This document shows, piece by piece, positions 1-10,398 of a stretch of 64,000 bases of DNA. The stretch lies in assembly GCA_963666365.2 (NCBI GenBank), contig CAXXNF010000002.1, positions 320,001 through 384,000 of the forward strand, given 5' to 3'. The notes under the pieces are model-generated. The model worked only from the letters and a program-made list of their open reading frames with translations, was not told the origin of the DNA and ran no database searches. Each line of letters starts with the position of its first letter. The stretch's first letter is position 1. The DNA is from Syntrophales bacterium. Its GTDB lineage: Bacteria; Desulfobacterota; Syntrophia; Syntrophales; UBA2210. The position numbers and the translations under genes are program-made.

Positions 1-674
1 AGAAAGGTGTCAAGAAAATAGGTGATATCCACACGGGGCAGCACGGTCGCGGAAAGATGGGTTTTGTAATACCAGTATGCGGCCAGGGACGCGATCAATG
101 CGGCGGAAAGAAGGACATGTTTGATCTTTCCGTATCGGATGTATCGGACCGCGGTGAGTATCAGCAATGACGCCAGTGCGGTGGGAAAGAGGATGAAGGC
201 GATAAAATAGAAAGGAAGGGTAAAGTAAAACCAGACCGGTGCGCCCTTGATGCCGGCGTAGGCGATAAAAAAGGGGACCCCGAGAAAAAGAAAGGCCCAG
301 GAACTGAAAAGAACCGCCTGGATGAGACGGTAAAAAAAGATTGCCCGATGATCGATGGGCTTTGAAAAGAGAAAATCCACCTCTGAAGAGTTGTAAAATG
401 TCGTGTAGCACACGACGATACCGCTGAGGGTGAGCATTATAAAAAGAACGGCGAAAAAAATAAAAATCGTCTCGTCCACAAGTGCAGGACCCACAATGGG
501 GAATTGGTTGAAAAATGAGAGCCCGCGATGAAACAGAGCAAGTGAGGCGAACCAGAACGCGATAATCGCGACGGAAATAAAAATTGTCTTGAGTTTTGGT
601 TCAGCCCGCAGTTGCCCGATCCCGTTTTTCAGTATCCTCATCTGGCACGCCGCTAGGGCCAGGGCGCCATCCAT
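1..674 (-). CDS. Putative ABC transporter permease (runs off the window's left edge)
   Basis: Own translation from ATG at 674: MDGALALAACQMRILKNGIGQLRAEPKLKTIFISVAIIAFWFASLALFHRGLSFF..., several hydrophobic helices, directly downstream of the ABC ATPase. Not in the ORF track because it has no stop in the window. Confidence 0.8.
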   Translation of the reverse strand, partial: MDGALALAACQMRILKNGIGQLRAEPKLKTIFISVAIIAFWFASLALFHRGLSFFNQFPIVGPALVDETIFIFFAVLFIMLTLSGIVVCYTTFYNSSEVDFLFSKPIDHRAIFFYRLIQAVLFSSWAFLFLGVPFFIAYAGIKGAPVWFYFTLPFYFIAFILFPTALASLLILTAVRYIRYGKIKHVLLSAALIASLAAYWYYKTHLSATVLPRVDITYFLDTF

Positions 675-679
675 ATATT

Positions 680-1402
680 TCAGGCCTCCGCCGTCATTTT
701 GAGAAAAATGTCCTCAAGCCGGTCATTCGTCTCCGCCTTTTCTTTAATTTCATCGACGGCGCCTGAGGCAATCAGTCTGCCGCGATGGATGATCCCCACT
801 CGATCGGATATCTCTTCGGCCAGGGCGAGCGTGTGTGTCGACATGAATATTGTAGCGCCTTCGGCGGCGCGGGACCGGAAAAGATCCTTCACGAGGCGAA
901 TGCTCTTCGGATCAAGGCCGACCATCGGTTCATCGATAATAATAAGGCGCGGCGAGGGAAGCAGGGCCGATGAAATGACGATCTTTTGTCTCATGCCGTG
1001 TGAGTATCCTTCCATAAGATGGTCGCCGTCATCCTGCATGGAAAAAAGTGAGAGCAAGCGGTCCGCCTCTTGGCGGTAATAGTGTCTGTCAAGTTCGTAT
1101 AGTTCACCGATAAAGTAGAGAAACTCCCGTCCTGTCAGCTTTTCATACACGTAGGGGATATCGGGGATGAAGCACATGAGGCGTTTTGCTTCGGCCGCCT
1201 TCTGTGCCATGTCGAAGCCGCCCACGCGCACCTTGCCCGACGTGGGATTGAGAAGACCCGCAACAATCTTGAGCGTTGTAGTTTTTCCCGCACCGTTTGG
1301 TCCGAGTATGGTAAAAAACTCTCCCGCAGCGATCCGGAGAGAGAGATTGTCCACGGCGAGCGTGCGTCCAAAGCGCTTAGTCAATCCATTAATTTCGATC
1401 AT
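680..1402 (-). CDS. ABC transporter ATP-binding protein (ABC-2 exporter type)
   Basis: Walker A GPNGAGKTT, signature YSHGMRQK, Walker B IIIDEP. Confidence 0.95.
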   Translation of the reverse strand: MIEINGLTKRFGRTLAVDNLSLRIAAGEFFTILGPNGAGKTTTLKIVAGLLNPTSGKVRVGGFDMAQKAAEAKRLMCFIPDIPYVYEKLTGREFLYFIGELYELDRHYYRQEADRLLSLFSMQDDGDHLMEGYSHGMRQKIVISSALLPSPRLIIIDEPMVGLDPKSIRLVKDLFRSRAAEGATIFMSTHTLALAEEISDRVGIIHRGRLIASGAVDEIKEKAETNDRLEDIFLKMTAEA

Positions 1403-1577
1403 GGCAACACCAACGATACTTCGCCCTGTTTTTTAATCTTCCCGCTTTTACTACTTCTCTTACTTATTATCAGAAGACCCTTTCCTGTCAACGTCAAAGA
1501 TCACAGGGCATGCACATATATGTGTATCAAAGGGCTATGTTCGTGATAAAATGTGCACCTGTGAAGAAGGAGCAGTT

Positions 1578-2507
1578 ATGAAAAGGCATATGTGGTTTGA
1601 AGACGATATGGGACGGCGGGAGTTTATAAGGCGCGGCATTGTCGCCGGAGCGGCCTTCGCCGTTCCTTCTCTGCTCAATACAAAAACAATATCGGCCTTG
1701 ACGCCGCCGCCCGATTTGTTGGTTGTCCAAGGTGCGCCGCCGTCGGAACTGGTGAAGACGGCTATTCTCGGCTTGGGAGGTATAGGTCGCTTTGTGTCGC
1801 GCGGTGCAGTTGTGGTCGTGAAGCCGAACATCGGCTGGGATCGCCGACCGGAATATGCGGCCACTACCAATCCCGAAGTAGTGGCCTCTGTGGTGAGGCT
1901 CTGCTATGAAGCAGGCGCCCGCAGTGTGAAGGTCTTTGATCGCACCTGTAATGATGCGAGGCGATGTTACGCCCAGAGCGGCATAGGCGAGGCGGCGGCA
2001 CAGGAAGGCGCCGATGTGTCGTTCATGGATGAGCGGAAATTCAAGGATTTCAAGATCGGGGGAATGGTCCTGAAAAAGTGGTCCCTCTATACGGAAATTT
2101 TTGAAGCCGACAGTATCATCAACATTCCTGTTGCGAAAACTCATGGTCTTGCCGATTTGACAATGGCAATGAAAAACTGGATGGGGGTCATGGGAGGATG
2201 GCGGGGACGCATTCATCAGCGCCTTGATGAAAGCCTTGTTGACCTGGCGCGGGTGATCAAACCCACCCTTACCATCCTCGATGCCGTGCGGATTCTCACT
2301 GCGAATGGGCCTCAGGGCGGCAGCCTCAAGGATGTAAAAACACTGAACACGATCATCGCCGGCGTCGATCAGGTGACCGTCGATTCATACGGCGCCACAC
2401 TCTTCGGCATGGAGGGATCATCTCTGGGATACCTTCGGCTTGCCCAGGCGGAGGGTCTGGGCAATGCGGATCTCTCAAGGGCGAAGATAACAAGAATAAA
2501 AATTTAA
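1578..2507 (+). CDS. DUF362 domain protein with Tat-like signal
   Basis: GRREFI twin-arginine motif; VVVKPNIGWDR..YAATTNP and PVAKTHGLA..TMAMKNWMG motifs; AAGGAG RBS before ATG 1578. Confidence 0.85.
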   Translation: MKRHMWFEDDMGRREFIRRGIVAGAAFAVPSLLNTKTISALTPPPDLLVVQGAPPSELVKTAILGLGGIGRFVSRGAVVVVKPNIGWDRRPEYAATTNPEVVASVVRLCYEAGARSVKVFDRTCNDARRCYAQSGIGEAAAQEGADVSFMDERKFKDFKIGGMVLKKWSLYTEIFEADSIINIPVAKTHGLADLTMAMKNWMGVMGGWRGRIHQRLDESLVDLARVIKPTLTILDAVRILTANGPQGGSLKDVKTLNTIIAGVDQVTVDSYGATLFGMEGSSLGYLRLAQAEGLGNADLSRAKITRIKI

Positions 2508-2513
2508 CAGGAA

Positions 2514-4058
2514 ATGCGCATTTATAGAAGAATAACTCAGTCGATATTCCTGCTTTTATTTCTGTGTCTCTTCTTTATGACGGAAGCAACCGGTGAAAAC
2601 GAGCTGGGGTACCCTGTCAGAATATTCCTTGATTTTGATCCGCTTTTAGCACTTTCATCCCTGCTGTCCTCGCACACTCTTACGAAGGGCTTTCTGTACG
2701 CGCTTTTTCTGATGGCGATCACCCTGGTGATGGGGCGTGTATTCTGCGGCTGGATCTGTCCGCTGGGCGCGCTTCATGACGCGGTCGGCGCCATTGCGGG
2801 CGCCCGACGAAGCGGGGCGGTGAAGCCGCGGTGGTTTCGATGTAAGTATTATCTGCTCTTCTTTATCCTTGCATCGTCCCTTGTCACCGTTCAGTGCGCC
2901 GGGTATCTGGACCCTCTGTCGCTCCTGATTCGATCTCTGGCCCTATCGATCTGGCCGGCCTGTGAATATGCGATACGCGCCATTTTCGACGGAATCTACT
3001 TTCTCCACATTCCCTGTCTGACCACGGTATCGGAAAGCCTGTACGGAATCATGAAAAAGACGCTGCTCTCCTTTACTCAGCCCTTCTTTTTTCAGGGGCT
3101 TGCAATCGGCGCGCTCTTTGTGGGAATACTTGCGCTGAATCTGTGGGAGCGTCGCTTCTGGTGCCGCTATATATGCCCGCTGGGCGCGCTTCTTGGGATT
3201 GTATCCCGATGGTCGGTAGTGCGACGGCGGGTAAGCGAGGGGTGTACCGCCTGCGGAACCTGCCGTTCCCTATGTCCCTCCGGCGCGATTGTCGACGAGG
3301 AGGGAAGGGGACTTCCATCGGAATGTCTTGTGTGCCTGGAATGTGACGATCGTTGTCCCGCTGAGGCAATTTCATTCGGATGGAATCGGAAAAGCTCTGC
3401 AGTCCCCATAGATATCGAACGAAGAGCGGCAATGGCGGTGGTTGCGGGAGGCCTGGCGACCGCTCCATTGCTTCGCATCACCCCACTTATGAAGGAGGCG
3501 GCGTCCAATCCGTTTCTCATCAGGCCCCCGGGCGCCCGTGCAGAACCGGATTTTCTTGCAGCCTGCGTACGCTGCGGCGAGTGCATGAAGGTGTGTATTA
3601 CCAATGGGCTGCAACCGGCGCTTCTGCAAGCCGGGGTTGAGGGCATCTGGACGCCTGTACTGGTCCCCCGCATCGGGCACTGTGAGTATCGATGCACTCT
3701 TTGTGGTCAAGTGTGTCCCACCGGCGCACTGACGGAGCTTACCGTGCAGAAAAAGGCCAAGATAAAGATCGGCATGGCCGTTATCGACAGAGGTCGCTGT
3801 CTTCCCCACGCCAATGGTATCGCATGCATTGTCTGCGAAGAGGTGTGCCCCACCACCCCGAAAGCGATCCGGTTCAACGAAGCATCGGTGCGCACGGGCG
3901 AAACAGGGGTAAAGATCTTGAAACAGCCCTATGTGAATCTGGAGCAGTGTGTCGGGTGCGGTGTCTGTGAAGCCGACTGCCCGGTAGCGGGAAAGCCCGC
4001 CATATATGTCATCAGCACCGGGGAAAGCCGTTCGGAGGCAAACAGAGTGCTGTTGTAA
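2514..4058 (+). CDS. Membrane 4Fe-4S binding protein (NapH/MauN-like plus NapG/MauM-like domains)
   Basis: FCGWICPLG and WCRYICPLG motifs, several CxxCxxCxxxCP clusters, IRPPGA..F...CVRCGECMKVC. Confidence 0.9.
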   Translation: MRIYRRITQSIFLLLFLCLFFMTEATGENELGYPVRIFLDFDPLLALSSLLSSHTLTKGFLYALFLMAITLVMGRVFCGWICPLGALHDAVGAIAGARRSGAVKPRWFRCKYYLLFFILASSLVTVQCAGYLDPLSLLIRSLALSIWPACEYAIRAIFDGIYFLHIPCLTTVSESLYGIMKKTLLSFTQPFFFQGLAIGALFVGILALNLWERRFWCRYICPLGALLGIVSRWSVVRRRVSEGCTACGTCRSLCPSGAIVDEEGRGLPSECLVCLECDDRCPAEAISFGWNRKSSAVPIDIERRAAMAVVAGGLATAPLLRITPLMKEAASNPFLIRPPGARAEPDFLAACVRCGECMKVCITNGLQPALLQAGVEGIWTPVLVPRIGHCEYRCTLCGQVCPTGALTELTVQKKAKIKIGMAVIDRGRCLPHANGIACIVCEEVCPTTPKAIRFNEASVRTGETGVKILKQPYVNLEQCVGCGVCEADCPVAGKPAIYVISTGESRSEANRVLL

Positions 4059-4151
4059 ATTAGGAAAAGTAGGAAATGTGGAAAGCACACAAGGTGGGAG
4101 CTGAATGTTTGGCCTTTTCTACCTCTTCTTACTTTTCCTGCTTTCCTTCTT

Positions 4152-5617
4152 TCACCGATATTCAAGCACATCGATCCTTATTTTACCCATGGCCAGGGCG
4201 ATTTTCGACTGGGAGGAGAAGTTGCCCGAAACGAGTTCTATGTGGGTTGCATCGGCCACGGACTGCCCGAAGGTAGGATCGAGATGAACCCACTTCCCCA
4301 CAAATACCGCGGGCCAGGCGTGGTAATAAAAGGCATCATTCACCCAGGCAAGGCCGCCGATCATTTTGGAGGGAATGCCGGCCGCCCGGGCGAGTGCCAC
4401 AAAGAGCGACGTGTGTTCATTGCAATCACCCCGCATGGTCTGCAATACCGATGTGGCAATGGGAAGATCGGAAGTGAACTTCTTTTCAAGATTCAAATAT
4501 ATCCACTCATTGATGCGCAAGGCAGCCTTCCATGGATTTGTTTCATCGCCCACGATGGTCTTAGATCTGGCCGCTATTTCCGGATCGGCACTGTCAATCC
4601 AGGGAGAAGGGTTCAGATAGTTGCGGTATTCATCATTCCGTTGAAGGGGCGCAGTCAGTGCTTTCATGTCGAAAGGCTCGGCCGTAATCGTCACAAGCCC
4701 TTCGATCGAATCGATGATGTGCTGACGGGTCCCATCGGAAGGGATATCGGCAAGATCATAGCCGGTAATTCTGATTTTCATGTATGTTACCGAGCGGGGC
4801 TCCGTGATGGTGCGACCGGGAACGACGGACACCTGCCGGAGAATGTCGACGGCTTCCCTGCGCGATCGCGCCAGGTGTTCTTTTATGGCTGCCTCCGATT
4901 CCGCCTTTATGACCCATCCATTCGGTGTTTCTTCGCGCACCACCATTCCATTTTCGTCAATCCACGAACGGGATGAAAGACCGCAAAACGGGTTTCCATT
5001 ACGGTAAGATTTTGCTCCTTGCCGGTTACACGGACGGTGACGTCTTCCGCCTTCAGCGAAAGGGGATTCAGTATACGGAGACTGTAGGAGTCGTGTATCT
5101 TGAGATCACGTCCTCTATAGACTTGAAGAAGACTTTGATCAAGAAGAAGGTCGTCGGCGGCGTCAAAGGTATGCTGGAATGATGTGGCCCCGTAGGAGAC
5201 TTCGGTTATCATCAGATTGCCCACTCGACGCCCCTTGATTTCAATCCCCGCAATTCCGGAGATGCGCACCTCAAAACCGGAAAGACGGCGGTCACGGTCC
5301 AGGTCCTGAGTGCCCACAATAGTGATATCCTTGATCTCGTTGAGCATTTTAAACCTGAGATAGGACGAGGAGACAACGCGATAGCCACTTATTGAAGGTC
5401 CGAAGAGGGTATGGTTGTAGCCGATCCACCGATCGTCCACGTAGATTCCCTTCCAGCTGTCAACTTCCATGCTTTCGGGAATAAGTTCACTGAAAAGAAT
5501 GCGATCCGGCTTTGTGGTGAGAAGACCTTCTTTTCCCAAAAGGAAAAACATCAAGATTCCCCAGATGATGAGAATTGCCACATTGATCGTTACCTTCAAG
5601 AAGCGTAATCGCGACAT
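4152..5617 (-). pseudogene. Transglutaminase-like domain protein with a 1-nt frameshift near 4981 (pseudogene or assembly error)
   Basis: N-terminal TM half from ATG 5617 (MSRLRFLK) and C-terminal half with Cys-His-Asp triad (GDCNEH, YHAW, HLDPT) lie in different frames; adding one base restores ...TRFA(G)LSSRSWIDENGMVVREETPNGW. Confidence 0.75.
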
Positions 5618-5724
5618 ACCCCTTCCTACTCTTCCTACTCTTCTTACTTTTCCTACCTCATTCCGTATTCCTTTGCAAAACAATCTTGATCCCCTGATTT
5701 TTCGGTTGCACAAGAGGTGAGGAC

Positions 5725-5739
5725 CCAGTAAATTACTGG
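5725..5739. promoter_or_regulatory. Palindrome CCAGTAA-A-TTACTGG overlapping a putative -10 box upstream of fprA
   Basis: Perfect 7-1-7 inverted repeat; TTGCAC (5706-5711) lies 17 nt before TAAATT (5729-5734). Confidence 0.4.
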
Positions 5740-5777
5740 AGTTAGACGCTGAAACCATCAATGAAAGGAGAGTCGGC

Positions 5778-6983
5778 ATGGCCGAGAGCCAATTCAAAGC
5801 AACCAAAGTCAGCGAACATGTATATTGGGTGGGTGCAATTGATTGGAATATAAGGGATTTTCATGGGTATGCCACCAAACGGGGAAGCACGTACAATGCA
5901 TACCTGATAATGGCGGATACGGTTACCCTGGTTGATACGGTACGGGCGCCCTTCAAAAATGAGATGCTTGCGCGGATTTCGAGCATAGTGGACCCCCGCG
6001 AGATTTCGTGCATCGTGTCAAACCATGCGGAAATGGATCACAGCGGTGCACTTCCCGAAATAATCGATGCCGTAAATCCTGAAAAAATCTACGCATCACC
6101 GGTGGGAGCACGGGTCTTGAAGGAGCATTTTCCGATAGATCGGGATATTTCGCCGGTGAAAGACGGTGAAACAATTTCGCTGGGCAACATGGCGCTTACC
6201 TGTCTCGAAGCACGGATGCTGCACTGGCCCGACAGCATGCTTTCCTATCTTACGGAAGATAAAGTTCTTTTTTCGCAGGATGCCTTCGGCATGCACCTGG
6301 CCTCGTCGGAGCGCTTCGACGACGAGGTGGATTCCGCCGTACTGGCCTATGAGGCGGCCACCTATTATGCCAATATTTTGCTCCCCTATTCTCCTCAAGT
6401 ACTGAAACTCCTTGAGCGTGTATCTTCGCTGGGGCTTGAATTCCATATTGTCGCACCCGATCATGGCCCTCTGTGGAGAAGGGGATTCGAGGGAATAAAG
6501 GACTCATATCACCGATGGGCGCTGCAAAAGCCGGTAAAAAAAGCGGTTGTGGTTTATGCAACGATGTGGCACAGTACGGAGCTGATGGCTCGGGCGCTTT
6601 CGGAGGGATTGATCGAAAGTGGTGTAACCGTGAAGGTTATGTCTCTGGACGGCAATCATCGAAGTGATGTGGCATACGAGGTACTCGATGCCGGTGCACT
6701 TCTAGTGGGATCACCCACGCTCAATAATTCCATGTTTCCAGCCATGGCTGATGTGCTTACCTATCTCAGAGGGTTGCGGCCACAGAATTTAATCGGCGCC
6801 GCCTTCGGCTCCTATGGATGGAGCGGTGAAGCCGCAAAACATATGGAAGCCTATCTGGCCGATATGAAGGTCGAACTTGTGGGAGAATCGATACGTATAA
6901 AACATGTGCCCGACGAGGATGCACTTGCTTCCTGCTATGCGCGCGGATTGGAGATGGGAAAAGAACTTATACACAGGGCATAA
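5778..6983 (+). CDS. fprA: Flavodiiron protein (A-type flavoprotein, O2/NO reductase)
   Basis: YWVGAIDW..RDFHGY, NHAEMDHSG, HWPDSM, FSQDAFG, IVAPDHG, C-terminal flavodoxin domain. Confidence 0.95.
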   Translation: MAESQFKATKVSEHVYWVGAIDWNIRDFHGYATKRGSTYNAYLIMADTVTLVDTVRAPFKNEMLARISSIVDPREISCIVSNHAEMDHSGALPEIIDAVNPEKIYASPVGARVLKEHFPIDRDISPVKDGETISLGNMALTCLEARMLHWPDSMLSYLTEDKVLFSQDAFGMHLASSERFDDEVDSAVLAYEAATYYANILLPYSPQVLKLLERVSSLGLEFHIVAPDHGPLWRRGFEGIKDSYHRWALQKPVKKAVVVYATMWHSTELMARALSEGLIESGVTVKVMSLDGNHRSDVAYEVLDAGALLVGSPTLNNSMFPAMADVLTYLRGLRPQNLIGAAFGSYGWSGEAAKHMEAYLADMKVELVGESIRIKHVPDEDALASCYARGLEMGKELIHRA

Positions 6984-7004
6984 AAAACAGGAGGAGGTTG
7001 TACG

Positions 7005-7163
7005 ATGCAGAAATATGTATGTGGGGTATGTGGATATGTATATGATCCTGAAGAGGGGGATGCCGAAGGGGGCGTCCCGGCGGGTACTCCTTTTGAGAAA
7101 CTTCCCGAAGACTGGACCTGTCCGGTATGCGGCGCCGACAAGAGTGAGTTTTCTCCGGAGTAA
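7005..7163 (+). CDS. Rubredoxin (52 aa)
   Basis: Own translation [60 protein letters not shown]; too short for the ORF track. Confidence 0.97.
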   Translation: MQKYVCGVCGYVYDPEEGDAEGGVPAGTPFEKLPEDWTCPVCGADKSEFSPE

Positions 7164-7221
7164 AGAAAGCCCGGTGACAGTGGTGGTGGGTGAGTGAAAG
7201 AGACAGGCAGGAGGCGTGTGT

Positions 7222-7719
7222 ATGGATGAAAAAATCAGAAGAGCTCTTCATCAGGCCTACGAGGGGGAGGCAAAGGCTGCCCTGCGGTTAAAGGTCTATG
7301 CCGATCAGGCCGATAAAGAAGGCTATCCCCAGATTGCAAAGCTTTTCAGGGTGATGGGCTTGTCCGAAGAAATACACGGGATACGGGCCCTTCGTACATT
7401 GCGCGATATCGGCTCTACGGAGGAGAATCTTTCCGCCAGTTTCGAATCGGAACAGCAGGTTGCCCATGTCGCTTATGATCACTTTATAAAAGAAGCCCTT
7501 GAGGCGGGAGACAAGGCGGCGGCGCTTCATTTTACCCAGAGTCGCGATGTGGAAGAAACCCACGCAAAACTCTACAAGGCGGCCCTTAACGACATGGCTT
7601 CCGACCAGGAGAGCACCTACTATGTGTGCACCATCTGCGGCTACATAGCAGACGGTGCCCTGCCCGATGCCTGTCCGGTGTGCGGTGCGAAGAAAGAGCG
7701 TTTTATACAGTACGGATGA
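7222..7719 (+). CDS. Rubrerythrin
   Basis: AYEGEAKA, EEIH and EETH di-iron motifs; C-terminal CTICGY...CPVCGA. Confidence 0.93.
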   Translation: MDEKIRRALHQAYEGEAKAALRLKVYADQADKEGYPQIAKLFRVMGLSEEIHGIRALRTLRDIGSTEENLSASFESEQQVAHVAYDHFIKEALEAGDKAAALHFTQSRDVEETHAKLYKAALNDMASDQESTYYVCTICGYIADGALPDACPVCGAKKERFIQYG

Positions 7720-7748
7720 GATGGCGCGGTTCAGGAAAAGATGAGTCT

Positions 7749-10367
7749 GTGAAACAATTTAAATGGCTGAATAAAATTTCGATGGGGAATAAGAGCGTTT
7801 ATTACCAGCTCAATATTATTTTCGGCTTATTTTTTCTTATTCCTGTGTTCGGATTTCTCTATTTTGCCGTCAAATATGATGTCCTCGGCGACGTCTATGT
7901 GTCTATATTTTTTGTTATTTTGCTGACTTTTTCTTTTTTTGGATTTGCACTTCTGCGTAACATTTTTGATCGTGTTGTAGGGATATCTCAAAGTATCTCT
8001 GAACGATTCAAAGTTGATACCTCTGAAACAGCGGATAAGTCTGACGAGCTTTCGAACTTAGTGAATTCGGTGAGCGCAATTGAACATCGTTTTACCACTA
8101 CCTTCGGACAGTTGGAGCGGAAAATTTCAGAGATATCCATTCTGAAGGAACTTTCCGACCTATGCTATGTGACCTTCGACACCGAGGAACTTCTCTATAT
8201 CACATTGGAGCGTGCCTTACAGATGGTGCGTGCAGACATCGGTTCCGTCATGATTCTGGAAAAGCCGGCACGGGAACGATTCATCGTTAAGTCATCAATC
8301 GGTCTTGGCGAGCAGATCAAGGTGGGTGATCGAATTGATGTTGCCACAAGCATTGCAAAATACGCCGTAATCAACAAATCCCCCCTTATTATTGAAAACA
8401 TAGAAGAGGACAGTCGCTTCGGGAGAGCCAACCGATCACACTACAGCACGAAGTCCTTTATCTGCATGCCTATTAAAACGATAAAAGATATCATCGGGGT
8501 TCTTACCCTGTCACGTCGCACAAGTGATGTCCCTTTGACACGTGAAGACGCGGAAGTCATAACTCCTCTTTTGAGCAATGCCGCCTTTACCTATGACAAC
8601 CTGCGGCTGATCGAGGAACGGGATGTGGAAATCCGTTATGCCGGGATGATGGAGCGTCTCATCGGGATTATAAACTCCAGCTTCAGGGACAGCGAGCTGG
8701 TTCAGGCAATACTGGGAGAGATCAGGCAGCAGGTGCCATTTCAGGAGGCGGTGATTCTGACGATGGAGGAAACACAGCCCGAAAATCTTCGTGTGTACGA
8801 TCTCTATGCGGTGGGGCAGACTGAACTTGTAGTCGGAAGACAGTATCCCTACCGTTATTCAATTTTCGAAAAAGTGCTCAGGCAGGGAAACTCACTCGTT
8901 GTTGAGGATACGCCTCATCTGTCATCGTCCGTAGAAAGGGAGATTCTATCAGGCAGGGGAAATACCAGTGCCTTGTTGGCCCCGTTGAAAGTGGAAGGAA
9001 CCGCGGTCGGTCTTCTAGTGTTGAAGAGTGGAGAAGTCGAAGAATTCCACAATGCGCAAAGGATCATCGATCACATCGTTCAGGGTATGGCACTTGCCAT
9101 TGAACGAAGCACCTTGCTGGATGCCGTGGCAAAAAGAAACAACGAACTGGATACCCTCAAACAAATCGGGGGTACCCTCGCCACCTCAACCTTTGACACG
9201 GAACAGGTGCTTTCCTACACAATGGATATGATACGAAGCAGCATGGATGTGGAGGCGGGATCACTAATGCTTGTCAGAGGAAGAGAACTCGAATTTGCCG
9301 TTGCCTTTGACATAGACGTAAAACTGCTTCAGGAAATTCGCCTTAAAATGGGACAGGGCATTGCGGGTTATGTTGCCGCGAGAGGCGAGGCAGTCATTGT
9401 AAATGACGTGCGGAAATCGACACTGTTCTATCCCAATGTTGACGAGAGCACACAATTCCGGACAAGGTCGGTCCTTTGCGTACCTCTGATTTCCCAGGGG
9501 CGGGTAATTGGGGTACTCGAAGTGCTCAATAAACGGGCTGGTGATTTTAATAAAAGCGATCAACAACTGCTCCAGTCGATTGCGTCTTCCGTGGGGATTG
9601 CTCTGGAAAATGCCCGTCTCTACAAAGAAACGGTATCCATGGCCGATAATGAGCGGGAGATCAGGCAGATGTTCCAGAAATTCGTTCCGGCGGAAATCGT
9701 CGAGAAAATCATACATGGCAACGAACCTGAGAAGCGGTTGCGTGAAGAGTTTAAAACAGTCACACTCATGAATATAGACATAAGGGGATTCTCCGGAATG
9801 GCAAAGCATATGGGGCCCCAAAAGACCGTGGCCGTGTTGAACTACTTCTTTTCCGTTATGGGGGGTATTGTGTTTAAGCATGAAGGAATCGTTGATAAAT
9901 ACCTGGGCGATGGTTTTTTGGCATTGTTCGGCGCCATCGGTTATAGCGCGTCTGATGCCGATAATGCCGTTATGGCTGCACTCGAAATGAAAAAGGCCCT
10001 GGTAATGCTCAAAGACTATTTTGAAAGTGAGGCTGAAAGCACGCTTTCGGTCGGTATAAGCATCCATACCGGCGAGGTGGTTATCGGCAACATTGGTTTT
10101 GAAAAGAAGATGGATTACACGGTAATCGGTGATTCGGTGAACGCCGTATTCAGGCTTCAAAATTTAACAAAAACCAATCCGAACAGCATCCTGATAAGCG
10201 AAATGACAAGGCGCTCGACGCAATCACACCTAAACGTGCGCGAGGTCGGAGAGAGCGACATCGATTTGACACGAGGGCAATTGAAAATCTATGAAGTCCT
10301 TGGCATATACGGCAATTTTATTGACCTAAAAGAAAAGAAAGAAAAAGATACCACTACGATTACATAG
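7749..10367 (+). CDS. Membrane-anchored multi-GAF class III adenylate/guanylate cyclase (start uncertain)
   Basis: Two N-terminal TM segments, about three GAF domains, catalytic NIDIRGFS, DKYLGDG, DYTVIGDSVN..RLQ. Confidence 0.9.
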   Translation: MKQFKWLNKISMGNKSVYYQLNIIFGLFFLIPVFGFLYFAVKYDVLGDVYVSIFFVILLTFSFFGFALLRNIFDRVVGISQSISERFKVDTSETADKSDELSNLVNSVSAIEHRFTTTFGQLERKISEISILKELSDLCYVTFDTEELLYITLERALQMVRADIGSVMILEKPARERFIVKSSIGLGEQIKVGDRIDVATSIAKYAVINKSPLIIENIEEDSRFGRANRSHYSTKSFICMPIKTIKDIIGVLTLSRRTSDVPLTREDAEVITPLLSNAAFTYDNLRLIEERDVEIRYAGMMERLIGIINSSFRDSELVQAILGEIRQQVPFQEAVILTMEETQPENLRVYDLYAVGQTELVVGRQYPYRYSIFEKVLRQGNSLVVEDTPHLSSSVEREILSGRGNTSALLAPLKVEGTAVGLLVLKSGEVEEFHNAQRIIDHIVQGMALAIERSTLLDAVAKRNNELDTLKQIGGTLATSTFDTEQVLSYTMDMIRSSMDVEAGSLMLVRGRELEFAVAFDIDVKLLQEIRLKMGQGIAGYVAARGEAVIVNDVRKSTLFYPNVDESTQFRTRSVLCVPLISQGRVIGVLEVLNKRAGDFNKSDQQLLQSIASSVGIALENARLYKETVSMADNEREIRQMFQKFVPAEIVEKIIHGNEPEKRLREEFKTVTLMNIDIRGFSGMAKHMGPQKTVAVLNYFFSVMGGIVFKHEGIVDKYLGDGFLALFGAIGYSASDADNAVMAALEMKKALVMLKDYFESEAESTLSVGISIHTGEVVIGNIGFEKKMDYTVIGDSVNAVFRLQNLTKTNPNSILISEMTRRSTQSHLNVREVGESDIDLTRGQLKIYEVLGIYGNFIDLKEKKEKDTTTIT

Positions 10368-10398
10368 AGTTGATACGCACGGAGGCAAGGAGGATAGT

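Noticed and set aside
1513..1524. Palindrome CACATATATGTG between divergent genes
   Set aside because: Short, single and AT-rich, so it could arise by chance; no supporting second copy.
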